Assembly (NCBI GenBank): GCA_964057225.1
Contig: OZ059894.1
Span: forward strand, 868,001 to 932,000
Length of the DNA: 64,000 bases
Direction: 5' to 3'
From: Auanema rhodensis
Lineage: Eukaryota; Animalia; Nematoda
Shown here: positions 1-15,200 of the stretch, one piece after another
Layout of the letters: each line of letters starts with the position of its first letter
Numbering within the stretch: position 1 is the first letter of the stretch
Position numbers and translations under genes: made by a program
The notes under the pieces: generated by a model
Seen by the model: only the letters and a program-made list of their open reading frames with translations
The model's database searches: none
What the model was told of the DNA's origin: nothing

Positions 1-2
1 AA

Positions 3-48
3 GTGCACATCACGTGTACATTTAATTAGCATAAATTAAAGTTCACGT
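3..48. other. Dyad symmetries in monomer A (first copy shown): imperfect palindrome 3-19 and imperfect inverted repeat 12-27 / 34-48
   Basis: ACGTGTACATTTAATT (12-27) against the reverse complement of 34-48 (ACGTGAACTTTAATT) gives 1 mismatch plus 1 bulge, with a 6-nt loop AGCATA. Confidence 0.8.
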
Positions 49-59
49 AAATTTCAAAA

Positions 60-74
60 TCATGGTTACCATGA
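60..74. other. 15-bp interrupted palindrome TCATGGT-T-ACCATGA in monomer A (first copy shown)
   Basis: Perfect 7-bp arms around a 1-nt spacer. The common A>C variant at monomer position 74 shortens the arms to 6 bp. Confidence 0.9.
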
Positions 75-152
75 ACCAATATCAATAAAAATTTGTTTTT
101 AGACTAATATGGACATGGGGAATCTAATTTTGAAAACCGCATCTCTTTATCT

Positions 153-224
153 TTCACGTGAAGCGAGTTACATACCAAGTGCACATCACGTGTACATTTA
201 ATTAGCATAAATTAAAGTTCACGT
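153..224. promoter_or_regulatory. E-box cluster repeated in essentially every A monomer: TTCACGTGAA (153-162), ATCACGTG (185-192), TTCACGTA (218-225); motif match only, function unproven
   Basis: Two canonical CACGTG and one CACGTA per 176 bp. CACGT starts at 155, 187 and 220. Confidence 0.4.
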
Positions 225-3200
225 AAATTTCAAAGTCATGGTTACCATGAACCAATATCAATAAAAATTTGTTTTTCGACTAATATGGACATGGGGAATC
301 TAATTTTGAAAACCGCATCTCTTTATCTTTCACGTGAAGCGAGTTACATACCAAGTGCACATCACGTGTACATTTAATTAGCATAAATTAAAGTTCACGT
401 AAATTTCAAAGTCATGGTTACCATGAACCAATATCAATAAAAATTTGTTTTTAGACTAATATGAATATGGGGAATCTAATTTTGAAAACCGCATCTCCTT
501 ATTTTTCACGTGAAGCGAGTTACATACCAAGTGCACATCACGTGTACATTTAATTAGCATAAATTAAAGTTCACGTAAATTTCAAAATCATGGTTACCAT
601 GAATTAATATCAATAAAAATTTGTTTTTAGACTAATATGGACATGAGGATTCTAATTTTGAAAACCGCATCTCTTTATCTTTCACGTGAAGCGAGTTACA
701 TACCAAGTGCACATCACGTGTACATTTAATTAGCATAAATTAAAGTTCACGTAATTTTCAAAGTCATGGTTACCATGAACCAATATCAATAAAAATTTGT
801 TTTTAGACTAATATGGACATGGGGAATCTAATTTTGAAAACCGCATCTCTTTATCTTTCACGTGAAGCGAGTTACATACCAAGTGCACATCACGTGTACA
901 TTTAATTAGCATAAATTAAAGTTCACGTAAATTTCAAAGTCATGGTTACCATGCACCAATATCAATAAAAATTTGTTTTTAGACTAATATGGACATGGGG
1001 AATCTAATTTTGAAAACCGCATCTCTTTATCTTTCACGTGAAGCGAGTTACATACCAAGTGCACATCACGTGTACATTTAATTAGCATAAATTAAAGTTC
1101 ACGTAAATTTCAAAGTCATGGTTACCATGAACCAATATCAATAAAAATTTGTTTTTAGACTAATATGGACATGGGGAATCTAATTTTGAAAACCGCATCT
1201 CTTTATCTTTCACGTGAAGCGAGTTACATACCAAGTGCACATCACGTGTACATTTAATTAGCATAAATTAAAGTTCACGTAAATTTCAAAGTCATGGTTA
1301 CCATGAACCAATATCAATAAAAATTTGTTTTTAGACTAATATGGACATGGGGAATCTAATTTTGAAAACCGCATCTCTTTATCTTTCACGTGAAGCGAGT
1401 TACATACCAAGTGCACATCACGTGTACATTTAATTAGCATAAATTAAAGTTCACGTAAATTTCAAAGTCATGGTTACCATGCACCAATATCAATAAAAAT
1501 TTGTTTTTAGACTAATATGAATATGGGGAATCTAATTTTGAAAACCGCATCTCCTTATTTTTCACGTGAAGCGAGTTACATACCAAGTGCACATCACGTG
1601 TACATTTAATTAGCATAAATTAAAGTTCACGTAAATTTCAAAATCATGGTTACCATGAATTAATATCAATAAAAATTTGTTTTTAGACTAATATGGACAT
1701 GAGGATTCTAATTTTGAAAACCGCATCTCTTTATCTTTCACGTGAAGCGAGTTACATACCAAGTGCACATCACGTGTACATTTAATTAGCATAAATTAAA
1801 GTTCACGTAAATTTCAAAGTCATGGTTACCATGAACCAATATCAATAAAAATTTGTTTTTAGACTAATATGGACATGGGGAATCTAATTTTGAAAACCGC
1901 ATCTCTTTATCTTTCACGTGAAGCGAGTTACATACCAAGTGCACATCACGTGTACATTTAATTAGCATAAATTAAAGTTCACGTAAATTTCAAAGTCATG
2001 GTTACCATGAACCAATATCAATAAAAATTTGTTTTTAGACTAATATGGACATGGGGAATCTAATTTTGAAAACCGCATCTCTTTATCTTTCACGTGAAGC
2101 GAGTTACATACCAAGTGCACATCACGTGTACATTTAATTAGCATAAATTAAAGTTCACGTAAATTTCAAAGTCATGGTTACCATGAACCAATATCAATAA
2201 AAATTTGTTTTTAGACTAATATGGACATGGGGAATCTAATTTTGAAAACCGCATCTCTTTATCTTTCACGTGAAGCGAGTTACATACCAAGTGCACATCA
2301 CGTGTACATTTAATTAGCATAAATTAAAGTTCACGTAATTTTCAAAGTCATGGTTACCATGAACCAATATCAATAAAAATTTGTTTTTAGACTAATATGG
2401 ACATGGGGAATCTAATTTTGAAAACCGCATCTCTTTATCTTTCACGTGAAGCGAGTTACATACCAAGTGCACATCACGTGTACATTTAATTAGCATAAAT
2501 TAAAGTTCACGTAAATTTCAAAGTCATGGTTACCATGCACCAATATCAATAAAAATTTGTTTTTAGACTAATATGGACATGGGGAATCTAATTTTGAAAA
2601 CCGCATCTCTTTATCTTTCACGTGAAGCGAGTTACATACCAAGTGCACATCACGTGTACATTTAATTAGCATAAATTAAAGTTCACGTAAATTTCAAAGT
2701 CATGGTTACCATGCACCAATATCAATAAAAATTTGTTTTTAGACTAATATGGACATGGGGAATCTAATTTTGAAAACCGCATCTCTTTATCTTTCACGTG
2801 AAGCGAGTTACATACCAAGTGCACATCACGTGTACATTTAATTAGCATAAATTAAAGTTCACGTAAATTTCAAAGTCATGGTTACCATGAACCAATATCA
2901 ATAAAAATTTGTTTTTAGACTAATATGGACATGGGGAATCTAATTTTGAAAACCGCATCTCTTTATCTTTCACGTGAAGCGAGTTACATACCAAGTGCAC
3001 ATCACGTGTACATTTAATTAGCATAAATTAAAGTTCACGTAAATTTCAAAGTCATGGTTACCATGCACCAATATCAATAAAAATTTGTTTTTAGACTAAT
3101 ATGGACATGGGGAATCTAATTTTGAAAACCGCATCTCTTTATCTTTCACGTGAAGCGAGTTACATACCAAGTGCACATCACGTGTACATTTAATTAGCAT

Positions 3201-6200
3201 AAATTAAAGTTCACGTAAATTTCAAAGTCATGGTTACCATGAACCAATATCAATAAAAATTTGTTTTTAGACTAATATGGACATGGGGAATCTAATTTTG
3301 AAAACCGCATCTCTTTATCTTTCACGTGAAGCGAGTTACATACCAAGTGCACATCACGTGTACATTTAATTAGCATAAATTAAAGTTCACGTAAATTTCA
3401 AAGTCATGGTTACCATGAACCAATATCAATAAAAATTTGTTTTTAGACTAATATGGACATGGGGAATCTAATTTTGAAAACCGCATCTCTTTATCTTTCA
3501 CGTGAAGCGAGTTACATACCAAGTGCACATCACGTGTACATTTAATTAGCATAAATTAAAGTTCACGTAAATTTCAAAGTCATGGTTACCATGCACCAAT
3601 ATCAATAAAAATTTGTTTTTAGACTAATATGGACATGGGGAATCTAATTTTGAAAACCGCATCTCTTTATCTTTCACGTGAAGCGAGTTACATACCAAGT
3701 GCACATCACGTGTACATTTAATTAGCATAAATTAAAGTTCACGTAAATTTCAAAGTCATGGTTACCATGAACCAATATCAATAAAAATTTGTTTTTAGAC
3801 TAATATGGACATGGGGAATCTAATTTTGAAAACCGCATCTCTTTATCTTTCACGTGAAGCGAGTTACATACCAAGTGCACATCACGTGTACATTTAATTA
3901 GCATAAATTAAAGTTCACGTAAATTTCAAAGTCATGGTTACCATGAACCAATATCAATAAAAATTTGTTTTTAGACTAATATGGACATGGGGAATCTAAT
4001 TTTGAAAACCGCATCTCTTTATCTTTCACGTGAAGCGAGTTACATACCAAGTGCACATCACGTGTACATTTAATTAGCATAAATTAAAGTTCACGTAAAT
4101 TTCAAAGTCATGGTTACCATGCACCAATATCAATAAAAATTTGTTTTTAGACTAATATGGACATGGGGAATCTAATTTTGAAAACCGCATCTCTTTATCT
4201 TTCACGTGAAGCGAGTTACATACCAAGTGCACATCACGTGTACATTTAATTAGCATAAATTAAAGTTCACGTAAATTTCAAAGTCATGGTTACCATGAAC
4301 CAATATCAATAAAAATTTGTTTTTAGACTAATATGGACATGGGGAATCTAATTTTGAAAACCGCATCTCTTTATCTTTCACGTGAAGCGAGTTACATACC
4401 AAGTGCACATCACGTGTACATTTAATTAGCATAAATTAAAGTTCACGTAAATTTCAAAGTCATGGTTACCATGCACCAATATCAATAAAAATTTGTTTTT
4501 AGACTAATATGGACATGGGGAATCTAATTTTGAAAACCGCATCTCTTTATCTTTCACGTGAAGCGAGTTACATACCAAGTGCACATCACGTGTACATTTA
4601 ATTAGCATAAATTAAAGTTCACGTAAATTTCAAAGTCATGGTTACCATGAACCAATATCAATAAAAATTTGTTTTTAGACTAATATGGACATGGGGAATC
4701 TAATTTTGAAAACCGCATCTCTTTATCTTTCACGTGAAGCGAGTTACATACCAAGTGCACATCACGTGTACATTTAATTAGCATAAATTAAAGTTCACGT
4801 AAATTTCAAAGTCATGGTTACCATGAACCAATATCAATAAAAATTTGTTTTTAGACTAATATGGACATGGGGAATCTAATTTTGAAAACCGCATCTCTTT
4901 ATCTTTCACGTGAAGCGAGTTACATACCAAGTGCACATCACGTGTACATTTAATTAGCATAAATTAAAGTTCACGTAAATTTCAAAGTCATGGTTACCAT
5001 GAACCAATATCAATAAAAATTTGTTTTTAGACTAATATGAACATGAAGAATCTAATTTTGAAAACCGCATCTCTTTATCTTTCACGTGAAGCGAGTTACA
5101 TACCAAGTGCACATCACGTGTACATTTAATTAGCATAAATTAAAGTTCACGTAAATTTCAAAGTCATGGTTACCATGAACCAATATCAATAAAAATTTGT
5201 TTTTAGACTAATATGGACATGGGGAATCTAATTTTGAAAACCGCATCTCTTTATCTTTCACGTGAAGCGAGTTACATACCAAGTGCACATCACGTGTACA
5301 TTTAATTAGCATAAATTAAAGTTCACGTAAATTTCAAAGTCATGGTTACCATGAACCAATATCAATAAAAATTTGTTTTTAGACTAATATGAACATGAAG
5401 AATCTAATTTTGAAAACCGCATCTCTTTATCTTTCACGTGAAGCGAGTTACATACCAAGTGCACATCACGTGTACATTTAATTAGCATAAATTAAAGTTC
5501 ACGTAAATTTCAAAGTCATGGTTACCATGCACCAGTATCAATAAAAATTTGTTTTAGACTAATATGGACATGGGGAATCTAATTTTGACAACCGCATCTC
5601 TTTATCTTTCACGTGAAGCGAGTTACATACCAAGTGCACATCACGTGTACATTTAATTAGCATAAGTTAAAGTTCACGTAAATTTCAAAGTCATGGTTAC
5701 CATGAACCAATATCAATAAAAATTTGTTTTTAGACTAATATGGACATGGGGAATCTAATTTTGAAAACCGCATCTCTTTATCTTTCACGTGAAGCGAGTT
5801 ACATACCAAGTGCACATCACGTGTACATTTAATTAGCATAAATTAAAGTTCACGTAAATTTCAAAGTCATGGTTACCATGAACCAATATCAATAAAAATT
5901 TGTTTTTAGACTAATATGGACATGGGGAATCTAATTTTGAAAACCGCATCTCTTTATCTTTCACGTGAAGCGAGTTACATACCAAGTGCACATCACGTGT
6001 ACATTTAATTAGCATAAATTAAAGTTCACGTAATTTTCAAAGACATGGTTACCATGAACCAATATCAATAAAAATTTGTTTTTAGACTAATATGGACATG
6101 GGGAATCTAATTTTGAAAACCACATCTCTTTATCTTTCACGTGAAGCGAGTTACATACCAAGTGCACATCACGTGTACATTTAATTAGCATAAATTAAAG

Positions 6201-9200
6201 TTCACGTAAATTTCAAAGTCATGGTTACCATGAACCAATATCAATAAAAATTTGTTTTTAGACTAATATGAACATGAAGAATCTAATTTTGAAAACCGCA
6301 TCTCTTTATCTTTCACGTGAAGCGAGTTACATACCAAGTGCACATCACGTGTACATTTAATTAGCATAAATTAAAGTTCACGTAAATTTCAAAATCATGG
6401 TTACCATGCACCAATATCAATAAAAATTTGTTTTTAGACTAATATGGACATGGGGAATCTAATTTTGAAAACCGCATCTCTTTATCTTTCACGTGAAGCG
6501 AGTTACATACCAAGTGCACATCACGTGTACATTTAATTAGCATAAATTAAAGTTCACGTAATTTTCAAAGACATGGTTACCATGAACCAATATCAATAAA
6601 AATTTGTTTTTAGACTAATATGGACATGGGGAATCTAATTTTGAAAACCACATCTCTTTATCTTTCACGTGAAGCGAGTTACATACCAAGTGCACATCAC
6701 GTGTACATTTAATTAGCATAAATTAAAGTTCACGTAAATTTCAAAGTCATGGTTACCATGAACCAATATCAATAAAAATTTGTTTTTAGACTAATATGAA
6801 CATGAAGAATCTAATTTTGAAAACCGCATCTCTTTATCTTTCACGTGAAGCGAGTTACATACCAAGTGCACATCACGTGTACATTTAATTAGCATAAATT
6901 AAAGTTCACGTAAATTTCAAAGTCATGGTTACCATGAACCAATATCAATAAAAATTTGTTTTCAGACTAATATGGACATGGGGAATCTAATTTTGAAAAC
7001 CGCATCTCTTTATCTTTCACGTGAAGCGAGTTACATAGCAAGTGCACATCACGTGTACATTTAATTAGCATAAATTAAAGTTCACGTAAATTTCAAAGTC
7101 ATGGTTACCATGCACCAATATCAATAAAAATTTGTTTTTAGACTAATATGGACATGGGGAATCTAATTTTGAAAACCGCATCTCTTTATCTTTCACGTGA
7201 AGCGAGTTACATACCAAGTGCACATCACGTGTACATTTAATTAGGATAAATTAAAGTTCACGTAAATTTCAAAGTCATGGTTACCATGAACCAATATCAA
7301 TGAAAATTTGTTTTTAGACTAATATGGACATGGGGAATCTAATTTTGAAAACCGCATTTCTTTATCTTTCACGTGAAGCGAGTTACATACCAAGTGCACA
7401 TCACGTGTACATTTAATTAGCATAAATTAAAGTTCACGTAAATTTCAAAGTCATGGTTACCATGAACCAATATCAATAAAAATTTGTTTTTAGACTAATA
7501 TGGACATGGGGAATCTAATTTTGAAAACCGCATCTCTTTATCTTTCACGTGAAGCGAGTTACATACCAAGTGCACATCACGTGTACATTTAATTAGCATA
7601 AATTAAAGTTCACGTAAATTTCAAAGTCATGGTTACCATGCACCAGTATCAATAAAAATTTGTTTTTAGACTAATATGGACATGGGGAATCTAATTTTGA
7701 AAACCGCATCTCTTCATCTTTCACGTGAAGCGAGTTACATACTAAGTGCACATCACGTGTACATTTAATTAGCATAAATTAAAGTTCACGTAAATTTCAA
7801 AGTCATGGTTACCATGCACCAATATCAATAAAAATTTGTTTTTAGACTAATATGGACATGGGGAATCTAATTTTGAAAACCGCATCTCTTTATCTTTCAC
7901 GTGAAGCGAGTTACATACCAAGTGCACATCACGTGTACATTTAATTAGCATAAATTAAAGTTCACGTAAATTTCAAAGTCATGGTTACCATGCACCAATA
8001 TCAATAAAAATTTGTTTTTAGACTAATATGGACATGGGGAATCTAATTTTGAAAACCGCATCTCTTCATCTTTCACGTGAAGCGAGTTACATACCAAGTG
8101 CACATCACGTGTACATTTAATTAGCATAAATTAAAGTTCACGTAAATTTCAAAGTCATGGTTACCATGCACCAATATCAATAAAAATTTATTTTTAGACT
8201 AATATGGACATGGGGAATCTAATTTTGAAAACCGCATCTCTTTATCTTTCACGTGAAGCGAGTTACATACCAAGTGCACATCACGTGTACATTTAATTAG
8301 CATAAATTAAAGTTCACGTAAATTTCAAAGTCATGGTTACCATGCACCAATATCAATAAAAATTTGTTTTTAGACTAATATGGACATGGGGAATCTAATT
8401 TTGAAAACCGCATCTCTTCATCTTTCACGTGAAGCGAGTTACATACCAAGTGCACATCACGTGTACATTTAATTAGCATAAATTAAAGTTCACGTAAATT
8501 TCAAAGTCATGGTTACCATGCACCAATATCAATAAAAATTTGTTTTTAGACTAATATGGACATGGGGAATCTAATTTTGAAAACCGCATCTCTTTATCTT
8601 TCACGTGAAGCGAGTTACATACCAAGTGCACATCACGTGTACATTTAATTAGCATAAATTAAAGTTCACGTAAATTTCAAAGTCATGGTTACCATGAACC
8701 AATATCAATAAAAATTTGTTTTTAGACTAATATGGACATGGGGAATCTAATTTTGAAAACCGCATCTCTTTATCTTTCACGTGAAGCGAGTTACATACCA
8801 AGTGCACATCACGTGTACATTTAATTAGCATAAATTAAAGTTCACGTAAATTTCAAAGTCATGGTTACCATGAACCAATATCAATAAAAATTTGTTTTTA
8901 GACTAATATGGACATGGGGAATCTAATTTTGAAAACCGCATCTCTTCATCTTTCACGTGAAGCGAGTTACATACCAAGTGCACATCACGTGTACATTAAA
9001 TTAGCATAAATTAAAGTTCACGTAAATTTCAAAGTCATGGTTACCATGCACCAATATCAATAAAAATTTGTTTTTAGACTAATATGGACATGGGGAATCT
9101 AATTTTGAAAAACGCATCTCTTTATCTTTCACGTGAAGCGAGTTACATACCAAGTGCACATCACGTGTACATTTAATTAGCATAAATTAAAGTTCACGTA

Positions 9201-12200
9201 AATTTCAAAGTCATGGTTACCATGAACCAATATCAATAAAAATTTGTTTTTAGACTAATATGGACATGGGGAATCTAATTTTGAAAACCGCATCTCTTTA
9301 TCTTTCACGTGAAGCGAGTTACATACCAAGTGCACATCACGTGTACATTTAATTAGCATAAATTAAAGTTCACGTAAATTTCAAAGTCATGGTTACCATG
9401 CACCAGTATCAATAAAAATTTGTTTTTAGACTAATATGGACATGGGGAATCTAATTTTGAAAACCGCATCTCTTCATCTTTCACGTGAAGCGAGTTACAT
9501 ACCAAGTGCACATCACGTGTACATTTAATTAGCATAAATTAAAGTTCACGTAAATTTCAAAGTCATGGTTACCATGCACCAATATCAATAAAAATTTGTT
9601 TTTAGACTAATATGGACATGGGGAATCTAATTTTGAAAACCGCATCTCTTTATCTTTCACGTGAAGCGAGTTACATACCAAGTGCACATCACGTGTACAT
9701 TTAATTAGCATAAATTAAAGTTCACGTAAATTTCAAAGTCATGGTTACCATGCACCAATATCAATAAAAATTTGTTTTTAGACTAATATGGACATGGGGA
9801 ATCTAATTTTGAAAACCGCATCTCTTCATCTTTCACGTGAAGCGAGTTACATACCAAGTGCACATCACGTGTACATTTAATTAGCATAAATTAAAGTTCA
9901 CGTAAATTTCAAAGTCATGGTTACCATGCACCAATATCAATAAAAATTTGTTTTTAGACTAATATGGACATGGGGAATCTAATTTTGAAAACCGCATCTC
10001 TTTATCTTTCACGTGAAGCGAGTTACATACCAAGTGCACATCACGTGTACATTTAATTAGCATAAATTAAAGTTCACGTAAATTTCAAAGTCATGGTTAC
10101 CATGCACCAGTATCAATAAAAATTTGTTTTTAGACTAATATGGACATGGGGAATCTAATTTTGAAAACCGCATCTCTTCATCTTTCACGTGAAGCGAGTT
10201 ACATACCAAGTGCACATCACGTGTACATTTAATTAGCATAAATTAAAGTTCACGTAAATTTCAAAGTCATGGTTACCATGAACCAATATCAATAAAAATT
10301 TGTTTTTAGACTAATATGGACATGGGGAATCTAATTTTGAAAACCGCATCTCTTCATCTTTCACGTGAAGCGAGTTACATACCAAGTGCACATCACGTGT
10401 ACATTAAATTAGCATAAATTAAAGTTCACGTAAATTTCAAAGTCATGGTTACCATGCACCAATATCAAAAAAAATTTGTTTTTAGACTAATATGGACATG
10501 GGGAATCTAATTTTGAAAACCGCATCTCTTCATCTTTCACGTGAAGCGAGTTACATACCAAGTGCACATCACGTGTACATTTAATTAGCATAAATTAAAG
10601 TTCACGTAAATTTCAAAGTCATGGTTACCATGCACCAATATCAATAAAAATTTGTTTTTAGACTAATATGGACATGGGAAATCTAATTTTGAAAACCGCA
10701 TCTCTTTATCTTTCACGTGAAGCGAGTTACATACCAAGTGCACATCACGTGTACATTTAATTAGCATAAATTAAAGTTCACGTAAATTTCAAAGTCATGG
10801 TTACCATGCACCAATATCAATAAAAATTTGTTTTTAGACTAATATGGACATGGGGAATCTAATTTTGAAAACCGCATCTCTTTATCTTTCACGTGAAGCG
10901 AGTTACATACCAAGTGCACATCACGTGTACATTTAATTAGCATAAATTAAAGTTCACGTAAATTTCAAAGTCATGGTTACCATGAAGCAATATCAATAAA
11001 AATTTGTTTTTAGACTAATATGGACATGGGGAATCTAATTTTGAAAACCGCATCTCTTCATCTTTCACGTGAAGCGAGTTACATACCAAGTGCACATCAC
11101 GTGTACATTTAATTAGCATAAATTAAAGTTCACGCAAATTTCAAAGTCATGGTTACCATGAACCAATATCAATGAAAATTTGTTTTTAGACTAATATGGA
11201 CATGGGGAATCTAATTTTGAAAACCGCATTTCTTTATCTTTCACGTGAAGCGAGTTACATACCAAGTGCACATCACGTGTACATTTAATTAGCATAAATT
11301 AAAGTTCACGTAAAATTCAAAGTCATGGTTACCATGAACCAATATCAATAAAAATTTGTTTTTAGACTAATATGGACATGGGGAATCTAATTTTGAAAAC
11401 CGCATCTCTTTATCTTTCACGTGAAGCGAGTTACATACCAAGTGCACATCACGTGTACATTTAATTAGCATAAATTAAAGTTCACGTAAATTTCAAAGTT
11501 ATGGTTACCATGCACCAATATCAATAAAAATTTGTTTTTAGACTAATATGGACATGGGGAATCTAATTTTGAAAACCGCATCTCTTTATCTTTCACGTGA
11601 AGCGAGTTACATACCAAGTGCACATCACGTGTACATTTAATTAGCATAAATTAAAGTTCACGTAAATTTCAAAGTCATGGTTACCATGAAGCAATATCAA
11701 TAAAAATTTGTTTTTAGACTAATATGGACATGGGGAATCTAATTTTGAAAACCGCATCTCTTTATCTTTCACGTGAAGCGAGTTACATACCAAGTGCACA
11801 TCACGTGTACATTTAATTAGCATAAATTAAAGTTCACGTAAATTTCAAAGTCATGGTTACCATGCACCAATATCAATAAAAATTTGTTTTTAGACTAATA
11901 TGGACATGGGGAATCTAATTTTGAAAACCGCATCTCTTTATCTTTCACGTGAAGCGAGTTACATACCAAGTGCACATCACGTGTACATTTAATTAGCATA
12001 AATTAAAGTTCACGTAAATTTCAAAGTCATGGTTACCATGCACCAATATCAATAAAAATTTGTTTTTAGACTAATATGGACATGGGGAATCTAATTTTGA
12101 AAACCGCATCTCTTCATCTTTCACGTGAAGCGAGTTACATACCAAGTGCACATCACGTGTACATTTAATTAGCATAAATTAAAGTTCACGTAAATTTCAA

Positions 12201-15200
12201 AGTCATGGTTACCATGCACCAATATCAATAAAAATTTGTTTTTAGACTAATATGGACATGGGGAATCTAATTTTGAAAACCGCATCTCTTTATCTTTCAC
12301 GTGAAGCGAGTTACATACCAAGTGCACATCACGTGTACATTTAATTAGCATAAATTAAAGTTCACGTAAATTTCAAAGTCATGGTTACCATGAACCAATA
12401 TCAATAAAAATTTGTTTTTAGACTAATATGGACATGGGGAATCTAATTTTGAAAACCGCATCTCTTTATCTTTCACGTGAAGCGAGTTACATACCAAGTG
12501 CACATCACGTGTACATTTAATTAGCATAAATTAAAGTTCACGTAAATTTCAAAGTCATGGTTACCATGAACCAATATCAATAAAAATTTGTTTTTAGACT
12601 AATATGGACATGGGGAATCTAATTTTGAAAACCGCATCTCTTTATCTTTCACGTGAAGCGAGTTACATACCAAGTGCACATCACGTGTACATTTAATTAG
12701 CATAAATTAAAGTTCACGTAAATTTCAAAGTCATGGTTACCATGCACCAATATCAATAAAAATTTGTTTTTAGACTAATATGGACATGGGGAATCTAATT
12801 TTGAAAACCGCATCTCTTCATCTTTCACGTGAAGCGAGTTACATACCAAGTGCACATCACGTGTACATTTAATTAGCATAAATTAAAGTTCACGTAAATT
12901 TCAAAGTCATGGTTACCATGCACCAATATCAATAAAAATTTGTTTTTAGACTAATATGGACATGGGGAATCTAATTTTGAAAACCGCATCTCTTTATCTT
13001 TCACGTGAAGCGAGTTACATACCAAGTGCACATCACGTGTACATTTAATTAGCATAAATTAAAGTTCACGTAAATTTCAAAGTCATGGTTACCATGCACC
13101 AGTATCAATAAAAATTTGTTTTTAGACTAATATGGACATGGGGAATCTAATTTTGAAAACCGCATCTCTTCATCTTTCACGTGAAGCGAGTTACATACCA
13201 AGTGCACATCACGTGTACATTTAATTAGCATAAATTAAAGTTCACGTAAATTTCAAAGTCATGGTTACCATGAACCAATATCAATAAAAATTTGTTTTTA
13301 GACTAATATGGACATGGGGAATCTAATTTTGAAAACCGCATCTCTTCATCTTTCACGTGAAGCGAGTTACATACCAAGTGCACATCACGTGTACATTAAA
13401 TTAGCATAAATTAAAGTTCACGTAAATTTCAAAGTCATGGTTACCATGCACCAATATCAATAAAAATTTGTTTTTAGACTAATATGGACATGGGGAATCT
13501 AATTTTGAAAACCGCATCTCTTTATCTTTCACGTGAAGCGAGTTACATACCAAGTGCACATCACGTGTACATTTAATTAGCATAAATTAAAGTTCACGTA
13601 AATTTCAAAGTCATGGTTACCATGAAGCAATATCAATAAAAATTTGTTTTTAGACTAATATGGACATGGGGAATCTAATTTTGAAAACCGCATCTCTTTA
13701 TCTTTCACGTGAAGCGAGTTACATACCAAGTGCACATCACGTGTACATTTAATTAGCATAAATTAAAGTTCACGTAAATTTCAAAGTCATGGTTACCATG
13801 AACCAATATCAATGAAAATTTGTTTTTAGACTAATATGGACATGGGGAATCTAATTTTGAAAACCGCATCTCTTTATCTTTCACGTGAAGCGAGTTACAT
13901 ACCAAGTGCACATCACGTGTACATTTAATTAGCATAAATTAAAGTTCACGTAAATTTCAAAGTCATGGTTACCATGAACCAATATCAATAAAAATTTGTT
14001 TTTAGACTAATATGGACATGGGGAATCTAATTTTGAAAACCGCATCTCTTTATCTTTCACGTGAAGCGAGTTACATACCAAGTGCACATCACGTGTACAT
14101 TTAATTAGCATAAATTAAAGTTCACGTAAATTTCAAAGTCATGGTTACCATGAACCAATATCAATAAAAATTTGTTTTTAGACTAATATGGACATGGGGA
14201 ATCTAATTTTGAAAACCGCATCTCTTTATCTTTCACGTGAAGCGAGTTACATACCAAGTGCACATCACGTGTACATTTAATTAGCATAAATTAAAGTTCA
14301 CGTAAATTTCAAAGTCATGGTTACCATGCACCAATATCAATAAAAATTTGTTTTTAAACTAATATGGACATGGGGAATCTAATTTTGAAAACCGCATCTC
14401 TTTATCTTTCACGTTAAGCGAGTTACATACCAAGTGCACATCACGTGTACATTTAATTAGCATAAATTAAAGTTCACGTAAATTTCAAAGTCATGGTTAC
14501 CATGCACCAATATCAATAAAAATTTGTTTTTAGACTAATATGGACATGGGGAATCTAATTTTGAAAACCGCATCTCTTTATCTTTCACGTGAAGCGAGTT
14601 ACATACCAAGTGCACATCACGTGTACATTTAATTAGCATAAATTAAAGTTCACGTAAATTTCAAAGTCATGGTTACCATGCACCAATATCAATAAAAATT
14701 TGTTTTTAGACTAATATGGACATGGGGAATCTAATTTTGAAAACCGCATCTCTTTATCTTTCACGTGAAGCGAGTTACATACCAAGTGCACATCACGTGT
14801 ACATTTAATTAGCATAAATTAAAGTTCACGTAAATTTCAAAGTCATGGTTACCATGAACCAATATCAATAAAAATTTGTTTTTAGACTAATATGGACATG
14901 GGGAATCTAATTTTGAAAACCGCATCTCTTTATCTTTCACGTGAAGCGAGTTACATACCAAGTGCACATCACGTGTACATTTAATTAGCATAAATTAAAG
15001 TTCACGTAAATTTCAAAGTCATGGTTACCATGCACCAATATCAATAAAAATTTGTTTTTAGACTAATATGGACATGGGGAATCTAATTTTGAAAACCGCA
15101 TCTCCTTATCTTTCACGTGAAGCGAGTTACATACCAAGTGCACATCACGTGTACATTTAATTAGCATAAATTAAAGTTCACGTAAATTTCAAAGTCATGG

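Noticed and set aside
9-16. Budding-yeast point centromere (CDEI match ATCACGTG)
   Set aside because: There is no >90% AT CDEII followed by a CDEIII CCGAA element, and point centromeres are single copy; only the E-box match is retained as a finding.
84-89. AATAAA polyadenylation signal in each A monomer
   Set aside because: Expected by chance in AT-rich DNA, with no gene context.
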